NCBI GenBank assembly: GCA_964514965.1
Contig: CAZETV010000001.1
Coordinates: forward strand, 330,001-362,000
Direction of reading: 5' to 3'
DNA length: 32,000 nucleotides
Source: Candidatus Hadarchaeota archaeon
GTDB taxonomy: Archaea > Hadarchaeota > Hadarchaeia > Hadarchaeales > Hadarchaeaceae
Position 1 is the first letter of the stretch, and each line of letters starts with the position of its first letter. The notes beneath the pieces are model-generated. The model made no database searches, was not told where the DNA came from, and saw nothing but the letters and a program-made list of their open reading frames with translations. The translations under genes were made by a program, and so were the position numbers. Positions 25,963 to 31,861 of this stretch are shown here, one piece after another.

Positions 25963-26817
25963 TCACCCAAAACTCGGTTTTTCTGAAACATTTTTAGAAA
26001 ACAACTTGGACATTCTTTCCAAAACTCCTTTTGTTATCTGAGTCAGACGATCAAATTTTTTTATTATTGGATGTTCAACCGTGTAGACCATTAGCGGATT
26101 GTGTTCATACTCCGGATATGGATATCTTGAGGAAATCGCATGTGGACATGATATCAGGGATAAAAAGAGTAGATGGGTACTGCAAATTGCTTGAGGAATG
26201 CTAAAGGACACTATAAGCTCTTCTATTAATTCTGGAGTTAATGATTCAAACTTTTTCATTTCCCCCTTGATATTCTCGCGCAACTCTGGATGTTCCTCAG
26301 CAAGAGTATTTGCCACTTCTTGATAAAGAAATTTTAAGTTCTCTATTTCATTTTTATCAATCGTTATTTTTTGGCTTTCGATTTCTGCTTCTAAATTAAT
26401 TAATTCTGAGATCATCTTCTCTATTTCTTCATCGGAAATTTTGCGGTCAGAACGTTTAAGATAAGATTCGAATTTATCTAACATTTCGTCAAATTTTTCT
26501 GAACCTATATTCTCATATTCTTTGAATAGTGTGGTATGTTTCAATTTCGGAAGTTTTTTGATTCGTTCTTGAAACCTTTTAACTTTATTTTTTAGCCCTT
26601 CTACAACCTTGAGGTAAATTTCTAACGAATCATGACCAATTTCTTCTAAATCATCCTCACTAATTATGTTCTGATGTAACCCAAAAGATTTTGCGGCTTT
26701 CTCTACGGCTTGTTCTAAATAAAAAACCGCTTGTGGGTACAACTTTTTTTCAAATAAACACTTTGAGGCGTTTAGGTCACGTTCCGCAATGTCTAGAAGT
26801 ACACTTTTCGTGTTCAT
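25963..26817 (-). CDS. HEPN-like domain protein with a large coiled-coil insertion
   Basis: The N-terminus LDIAERDLNASKCLFEKKLYPQAVFYLEQAVEKAAKSFGL matches the first two HEPN helices (A..DL..A..l....y..a.f...QavEKalKa). A HEPN-like ISSRYPYPEYEH segment lies near residue 230. The two are separated by about 150 aa of charged heptad-like sequence. The start overlaps the hsdS stop by 4 nt. Confidence 0.5.
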   Translation of the reverse strand: MNTKSVLLDIAERDLNASKCLFEKKLYPQAVFYLEQAVEKAAKSFGLHQNIISEDDLEEIGHDSLEIYLKVVEGLKNKVKRFQERIKKLPKLKHTTLFKEYENIGSEKFDEMLDKFESYLKRSDRKISDEEIEKMISELINLEAEIESQKITIDKNEIENLKFLYQEVANTLAEEHPELRENIKGEMKKFESLTPELIEELIVSFSIPQAICSTHLLFLSLISCPHAISSRYPYPEYEHNPLMVYTVEHPIIKKFDRLTQITKGVLERMSKLFSKNVSEKPSFG

Positions 26818-28052
26818 AATTTTACTCTCCTCTTCCCGGTTAACAAATCGTTCATCAGTCCTTTCTTGAGCCTCTCGAGTTTTTCCTTCCTCTTTCTTTC
26901 GAGTTCGAGCTTTTTGTCAACGGTTGAGAGAATTTCGGCGATTTTTTGTTGCTCCAGAATTGGCGGGAGAGGGACTCGGTAGTTCTCGATTTCTTGTCTT
27001 CTTATCGCTTTGAAAGTTGAACCAGCTGATAAAGCTTCGAACTTCTTGCCATTGAACTTCAAGTAGTAGAACAAGAATAAATGATGAATCTTACTTTGCT
27101 TGACCCTAATAGTAGAAACACCTCTTCCAATACAACATTCAAATGGAGCAATATTAACGTCTCCAACTGGGGCCCTTACTGAAAGTAAAATGTCGTTAGA
27201 CTCAGCTGTCTTGACGGGATTAGAACAGTAAATCGTCGGTGAGGGGTAAATTTCCCCAAATTCCATTTTTCCTTGTAGGAACGGTAAACCTTCCCCTCTT
27301 TTATTATAAGTAGAGGAAGGAGGAGACTGCCCCATTATTAACTCGGCAATGTTTTTATCTCCAAGCCCAACAACATTCCACTCTCTAGGGATCTCGCAAC
27401 CCAGCTCCTTGTTGAACTTGAACTCCTTGTGCCCTATGCCCTTCGTAAGCAGCTCCTGCATCAGGCCCCGCTTCAGCCGCTCGGTTCGGGCTATGGCCTC
27501 GTCGACACGCTGGATCGCTTGGTAGACGGTGGAGAGGATCTCGGCGATGCGGCGCTGTTCGGGGAGGGGTGGGCGGGGAACTGAGTAGTTCTCAATCTCT
27601 TGTTTTCTTATCGCTTTGAAAGTCGAACCAGCTGATAAAGCTTCAAACTTCTTGCCATTAAGCTTCAGGTAATAGAATAAGAATAAATGATTGAATTTAT
27701 CCTGTTTGGCTCTGATCGCTGATAAACCTCTGCCAATACAACATCTAAATGGAGCAATATTAACCTCCCCAACAGGCGCCCTTACGGAAAGTAAAATGTC
27801 ATTGGGCTCAGCGATCTTAATGGGATTTGAACAATAAATTGTTGGGGAGGGATAAATTTCTCCAAATTCTAGTTTTCCCTGAAGAAAAGGTAGGCCTTCT
27901 CCTTTCTCGTTATAAGTTGAAGATGGAGGCGATTGCCCTATTATTAGCTCCACAACATTCTGGTCCCTTAATCTCACAACCCCCCACTCCTTTGGGATTT
28001 TGCTGATTGGAGTTTGTTTATGGTGGTTAGCTGTCTGCATCATTTTAACCAA
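26814..28052 (-). CDS. hsdS: Type I restriction enzyme, S (specificity) subunit with two near-identical TRDs
   Basis: Two TRD units (aa 19-176 and 221-378) are each followed by the conserved P.LPEQ..IAEILS helix. C-terminal coiled-coil LERLKKGLMNDLLTG is present. 412 aa. Confidence 0.9.
   Translation of the reverse strand: MVKMMQTANHHKQTPISKIPKEWGVVRLRDQNVVELIIGQSPPSSTYNEKGEGLPFLQGKLEFGEIYPSPTIYCSNPIKIAEPNDILLSVRAPVGEVNIAPFRCCIGRGLSAIRAKQDKFNHLFLFYYLKLNGKKFEALSAGSTFKAIRKQEIENYSVPRPPLPEQRRIAEILSTVYQAIQRVDEAIARTERLKRGLMQELLTKGIGHKEFKFNKELGCEIPREWNVVGLGDKNIAELIMGQSPPSSTYNKRGEGLPFLQGKMEFGEIYPSPTIYCSNPVKTAESNDILLSVRAPVGDVNIAPFECCIGRGVSTIRVKQSKIHHLFLFYYLKFNGKKFEALSAGSTFKAIRRQEIENYRVPLPPILEQQKIAEILSTVDKKLELERKRKEKLERLKKGLMNDLLTGKRRVKL
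26919..27392 (-). repeat. hsdS internal direct repeat, copy B (C-terminal TRD)
   Basis: Encodes aa 221-378. Hand alignment to aa 19-176 gives 128/158 identical residues. The DNA is also visibly similar over most of the length, with an offset of 606 nt. Confidence 0.85.
27525..27998 (-). repeat. hsdS internal direct repeat, copy A (N-terminal TRD)
   Basis: Encodes aa 19-176 and is the partner of 26919-27392. Confidence 0.85.
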
Positions 28053-28707
28053 ACCTCAGTTCCATTCGGCAGGAGGGGCAGGTGAAACTTCTGAATCTTG
28101 AGTATAAATTGAAAGTTATGCCACACTTTGGGCATTTCGTTTTAATTGAGTCAACACTAGCGGCTTCCTTTAGCGCCATGAGTATGCCACCTATGACTAA
28201 TCCTGTAAACCCACCAACCAACGCTCCACCAATTCTGTCTTTTGATGATAACAATCCACCCAAAACAGCACCGCCTGCTGTGAGCCCCATGCGAAGGTTG
28301 TTATTCTCAATAGCCTGTTTCATTTTTTGTAGAATTTTCTGGATATTTTGCCAATCTTCAATTTTTGTAGGCTCATACAAAATGTAATCCGTCAAATACG
28401 GAACAGGAAAATGGACTCTGTTATTGATATCTTCCACCACGAAAAGGGGTTTATTTGATCTTCTTGTCAGGCCCACTTCAAAAGCAACCCAATTTTGTGT
28501 GAAGTCCGAAGATTTCAGATTCTCCGTTAAAAATAGAAAAACCGCATCAGATGTTGCAATATTTTTTTCTATTTTCTTAAAGGGCGGCTCACTTTCCGGC
28601 GTAAATTCCATAAAAAGCGGCGAGATACCCGCAGATTTAAAATTAAGATCCGTTATTCTGATTAAGTCTTCGTCCTTTTTGCTGTGTGAGATAAACACTT
28701 GAACCAT
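28045..28707 (-). CDS. TIR-like domain protein with glycine-zipper hydrophobic segment and C-terminal zinc ribbon
   Basis: aa 1-110, VFISHSKKDEDL...SDAVFLFLTENLKSSDFTQNWVAFEVGL...KPLFVV, follows the TIR_2/TIR-like pattern (vFISys..D ... vlvllS..s..S.Wv..EiG). aa 140-179 form a Gly-zipper, GLTAGGAVLGGLL....IGGALVGGFTGLVIGGILMAL. aa 191-213 read CPKCG...CPSC. GGAG lies 9 nt upstream. The stop overlaps the hsdS start by 8 nt. Confidence 0.55.
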   Translation of the reverse strand: MVQVFISHSKKDEDLIRITDLNFKSAGISPLFMEFTPESEPPFKKIEKNIATSDAVFLFLTENLKSSDFTQNWVAFEVGLTRRSNKPLFVVEDINNRVHFPVPYLTDYILYEPTKIEDWQNIQKILQKMKQAIENNNLRMGLTAGGAVLGGLLSSKDRIGGALVGGFTGLVIGGILMALKEAASVDSIKTKCPKCGITFNLYSRFRSFTCPSCRMELRFG

Positions 28708-28956
28708 CTAATTATCTCCAATATTTATTAGGTTCGCCGCTCGACAGTAGGTTCTCGCATTATGGTCATGGGTGGCATCTAATGGCGACAACCGATCAAC
28801 GTGTAAACCAGGCCCGCGGTGGCAAGAGTGGTGGTAGTAGCAGTATTTAAAGGAGAAATGGTGTAAGTAATTATTGGCGGGTAAGTCCAAGTTGGTAACG
28901 TGTACCGGATGGTGCACTTCATGTCCGGCTTGGGTCCGCCGCTTGTTCACTGCCAA
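28708..28956 (-). CDS. Doubtful His/Cys-rich small ORF (82 aa) filling the DUF3800-TIR spacer
   Basis: TTG start only, inside the last codons of the DUF3800 gene; the stop abuts the TIR-like ATG. It has 12 His in 82 aa. Composition is GC-richer than the neighbours. No family is recognised, so this may be non-coding. Confidence 0.2.
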   Translation of the reverse strand: MAVNKRRTQAGHEVHHPVHVTNLDLPANNYLHHFSFKYCYYHHSCHRGPGLHVDRLSPLDATHDHNARTYCRAANLINIGDN

Positions 28957-29615
28957 AGAATCATTTCTCCCTTATTGACAATTTTATCCTCAATAATTTT
29001 GAAATACCTGTCATCACCGGAGTTGAACTTTCTGTTGATGCTCCAGACTACAAAATCGACCACCTGTAGCTCATTTTTAGAATAAGACGGAGCGTGATTA
29101 ATCTCGATGCTCCGGCTTTCAAGAAAAGTGGCCCTTTTTCTTTTTATGTAACTGTCAAAATCTGCGCGGAACAAAGTGTTGGTATGTTTCTTGTCCACTG
29201 TTATCACGAGCTTCCCGACCTTGACGTTCAACCGATCCATGAGCTTCCCACAGAGGTAGTTGTAAAGTTTATCCTTCACCTCATAGAGGTAATCAAATAT
29301 CTTGGACTTTTCGACGACTATCGCGTAAATATCGCAGTTGGCCACCCGGACTTGATTTAACACGTACTCCCGTATCATTCTGTTCGAGTTGTTGGCCTTG
29401 ATCTCTGGGAGCTGCCTGAGTTTCTTATTGAGCTTTCTCTCCCTCAGCCGCTTCATTATTCTAGAAAGATTTTTCGGATGGTCAACAAGGACCGCAGCAA
29501 CCACGAAATATTTTGAGCCGTATTTTCCCAAGTCGCCGCTTTCATCTATGTAAACACGTTTGGTCCAGTTCATCCGCATAACCCCGGAAAATAAAACCAG
29601 AGGTGGCCCCCACAA
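28947..29615 (-). CDS. DUF3800 family protein
   Basis: RVYIDESGDLGKYGSKYFVVAAVLV matches the DUF3800 N-terminal signature (iyiDESG....... yfvl..v.v). The likely true start is ATG 29579 or 29573; the track start at 29615 is a TTG 2 nt from the hsdM stop. Confidence 0.65.
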   Translation of the reverse strand: MWGPPLVLFSGVMRMNWTKRVYIDESGDLGKYGSKYFVVAAVLVDHPKNLSRIMKRLRERKLNKKLRQLPEIKANNSNRMIREYVLNQVRVANCDIYAIVVEKSKIFDYLYEVKDKLYNYLCGKLMDRLNVKVGKLVITVDKKHTNTLFRADFDSYIKRKRATFLESRSIEINHAPSYSKNELQVVDFVVWSINRKFNSGDDRYFKIIEDKIVNKGEMILWQ

Positions 29616-29616
29616 C

Positions 29617-31383
29617 TCATTTTTTCCCCTCGAGTTCTTTCAGATATCCATGTATTTTTTTCTCCACCTCGGCTATCTCGCCCTCCAAACTTCGCAGATC
29701 GTCCCACTCATTCGTAACATCTATTTCCTCTGCCTTCTCCTGCGGAAAAGCGTAGAGCGTGACGTTGAGGTTGTAATCGTTCCCCTTGATCTCATCCAAG
29801 GAAACGACCTTGACAAAGCCATCCGCGTCTTTAAAATTACGGTAAGCTCTCGTGACCTTCCTTATGTGGCCATCGCCAAGCCGGTTCAGCTTCCGGACCT
29901 CGGGGTGCTGCTCGTACTCTGAACTCGCATTTATGAAGAGAATTTTATTTTTCCTCTTAGTCGACTTGTGTTTGTTGAAAATCAAAATCGCTCCGGGAGC
30001 CCCGGTGTTATAAAAGAGTTTCTCGGGCAGGAGGATAACGCACTCGATCAGGTCATCTTTGAGAACCCCTTCTCTGATGCTCCTCTCCTTCCCCCCCCTG
30101 AACAAACAGCCATTGTCTATGACCACCCCAACCCTACCATTCCCTCCATCCGCGGAGCTGAGCATGTGCTGAATCCAAGCCCAATCAGCGGACTGATTTG
30201 GAGTAAATCCATAAGCATATCGCTGTTTCCAGAACTCTCCTTTCTTCAATACGTCTTCACCAAAGCCCTTTTGATTCCAAGGAGGATTTGCGATCACCAC
30301 ATTGAATTTCTTCAAAAAGTTGCCCTCCCTGAATTTTGGGTACAGTAAAGTATCCCCTAAGGCTAGGTTAACGTCCCTGATACCATGGATGTAAAGGTTC
30401 ATCTTACAAAGGCCGTATATTTCACGGTTGGCCTCTTGACCATAGATAAAAAGCTGCTTGGCCTTCTCCTTTCCGTATTTTTCTTTGACGTGGTTGTAAG
30501 AGAGTATCAGCATGCCGCCCGAGCCAAAAGCAGGATCGTAAACGGATTCTCTAGGCGTGGGGTCCAAAATCTCGACAAGTAGTTTTATTACCTCTCGGGG
30601 AGTGTAGACTTCCCCCTCCTTCGCCTTCTGCGGGGCGAAATATCGGAGAACCCACTCATATGCGTCGCCGAGTATGTCTGGGGAGACTCGGTGTAATTTT
30701 CTGGAGCTGAAAAGTTCAACAAGCTGCCTCAATATCTCAAAATTCTCGGTGCTCCTAGTGAACTGGATAAAGTCAGCTCTATCGATAACGTCTCTGAGTT
30801 CGGGGTTTCTCTCCGCCAAGACTTTTAAGCACTCCGCAAGCCTCGCGGGAAGCCTGTTGACATCCTTTCGTACGTTATCCCACAGAAATTCACTTGGTAA
30901 ATCGAAATCGTGGTAAACGCTACTCTTGGCCTCCTCTCTAGCCTCCTCTTCGCTCAAACCATCCTTGAGGGCTTCTCTATAGGCGATTTCAAATTCGACC
31001 TCCCATTTATCGCTGATCCGTTTCAGAAAAAGGAGGATGAGGATGAACTTGTAGTCTACTCTTGTTCTTATCAGGTCGGCCGCCTTTTTCAATAATCCCT
31101 CAAGGTCCTGCCTGGTTAATGCGCCGGCCCTCGCGATGCCCTCTATCAGAAACTCCTTCATGCTCCTCAGCGTGTAAACACTTTTTCTCGCATCCGAGGG
31201 GTCCGACCGTGCTTTGAGCCTTCCAGCTTTTCTGAGTTCCGAGAGGATTACGTTCACGTTCCTTTCGTTCTCCTTCAGCTTCTGCCTGAGCGCAGCGACG
31301 GCATCAGAGCGTGTAAAGGGTCGGTCTTGAAATACGTTCCATAAACCCAAATATCGCTCCTCAAGCCATTTGCTAAGTGTCAT
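29617..31383 (-). CDS. hsdM: Type I restriction enzyme, M subunit (N6-adenine DNA methyltransferase) with N-terminal winged-helix-like extension
   Basis: HsdM_N pattern LLKKAADLIRTRVDYKFILILLFLKRISD, AdoMet motif I DPAFGSGGMLI, and catalytic motif IV NPPWNQ. The first 85 aa or so resemble a wHTH (NVILSELRKAGRLKARSDPSDARKSVYTL). Confidence 0.95.
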   Translation of the reverse strand: MTLSKWLEERYLGLWNVFQDRPFTRSDAVAALRQKLKENERNVNVILSELRKAGRLKARSDPSDARKSVYTLRSMKEFLIEGIARAGALTRQDLEGLLKKAADLIRTRVDYKFILILLFLKRISDKWEVEFEIAYREALKDGLSEEEAREEAKSSVYHDFDLPSEFLWDNVRKDVNRLPARLAECLKVLAERNPELRDVIDRADFIQFTRSTENFEILRQLVELFSSRKLHRVSPDILGDAYEWVLRYFAPQKAKEGEVYTPREVIKLLVEILDPTPRESVYDPAFGSGGMLILSYNHVKEKYGKEKAKQLFIYGQEANREIYGLCKMNLYIHGIRDVNLALGDTLLYPKFREGNFLKKFNVVIANPPWNQKGFGEDVLKKGEFWKQRYAYGFTPNQSADWAWIQHMLSSADGGNGRVGVVIDNGCLFRGGKERSIREGVLKDDLIECVILLPEKLFYNTGAPGAILIFNKHKSTKRKNKILFINASSEYEQHPEVRKLNRLGDGHIRKVTRAYRNFKDADGFVKVVSLDEIKGNDYNLNVTLYAFPQEKAEEIDVTNEWDDLRSLEGEIAEVEKKIHGYLKELEGKK

Positions 31384-31405
31384 ACATCTCCAATTTTCCG
31401 GAAAC

Positions 31406-31418
31406 TTTAAATTATATA
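31406..31418 (-). promoter_or_regulatory. Candidate TATA box for the hsdM operon (minus strand TATATAATTTAAA)
   Basis: Located 23 nt upstream of the hsdM ATG (31383) on the minus strand, in the 76-nt gap after the radC-like gene. Motif only. Confidence 0.3.
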
Positions 31419-31459
31419 CGCTTTTTTGTTTTAGCTTACTAAATAAGCTTTATGATAAC

Positions 31460-31861
31460 CTAATGGATAATCCCGCGAGCCCTCAAGCTTGTGTAACCCT
31501 CGCCCCCAATTATCACATGATCCTGAATCCAAACACCTATCGTCTTGCCGATCCTGACTAGCTTTTTGGTGACTTCGATATCCGACTCGCTGGGCTCTGG
31601 ACTCCTACTTGGATGATTGTGGACGAGAATTATGGAAGCAGCAGAATTTTTGAGCGCACTCTCGAACACCTCCCGAGGGCGGAGCAGGGTTATGTCGGCG
31701 GCTCCACCTGATATTGTCTCACAATTTATCAGCCTGTTTTGGAGATCGAGGGAAATAAGCTTGATCACCTCGTGCTTGAGGACCCGGATCTCCTCTCTGA
31801 CCAACTCGAAGACATCTTCCGGCCTTGCAACATGAACCCGCTCGTTTTCAGCAGGCCTCAT
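31460..31861 (-). CDS. RadC-like JAB/MPN domain protein (short form)
   Basis: ILVHNHPSRSPEPSESDIEVTKKLVRIGKTIGVWIQDHVIIG matches the RadC signature (HNHPSG.pePS..D...T..L......lgi...DH.Iig). At 133 aa it lacks the N-terminal HhH part of full-length RadC. Confidence 0.85.
   Translation of the reverse strand: MRPAENERVHVARPEDVFELVREEIRVLKHEVIKLISLDLQNRLINCETISGGAADITLLRPREVFESALKNSAASIILVHNHPSRSPEPSESDIEVTKKLVRIGKTIGVWIQDHVIIGGEGYTSLRARGIIH

Larger units (their letters stand above)
16160..31861. other. Low-GC defence island (McrBC-like module plus interrupted Type I R-M operon); right boundary not in window
   Basis: Hand-counted GC samples: 32/60 at 8041-8100 (core) versus 20/60 at 19021-19080 and 22/60 at 27601-27660 (island). 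Every recognisable gene is restriction- or defence-associated. No integrase or transposase is seen, so it is not called a mobile element. Confidence 0.7.

Noticed and set aside
28782-28850. 22-codon plus-strand ORF (MATTDQRVNQARGGKSGGSSSI) inside the DUF3800/TIR spacer, considered as a possible antisense toxin or antitoxin peptide
   Set aside because: It has no SD, is very short and has no hydrophobic segment typical of type I toxins. It cannot be supported without expression data.
29968-30348. 126-aa and 120-aa plus-strand ORFs (29560-29922, 29968-30348) and others inside hsdM, hsdR and hsdS
   Set aside because: They are antisense to motif-complete Type I R-M genes and are typical shadow ORFs.
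16160-31861. Calling the island a mobile element, integrative element or provirus
   Set aside because: No integrase, transposase, terminal inverted repeats, tRNA target or virus structural genes are visible in the window. Only compositional and gene-content evidence exists, so it is described as a genomic defence island.
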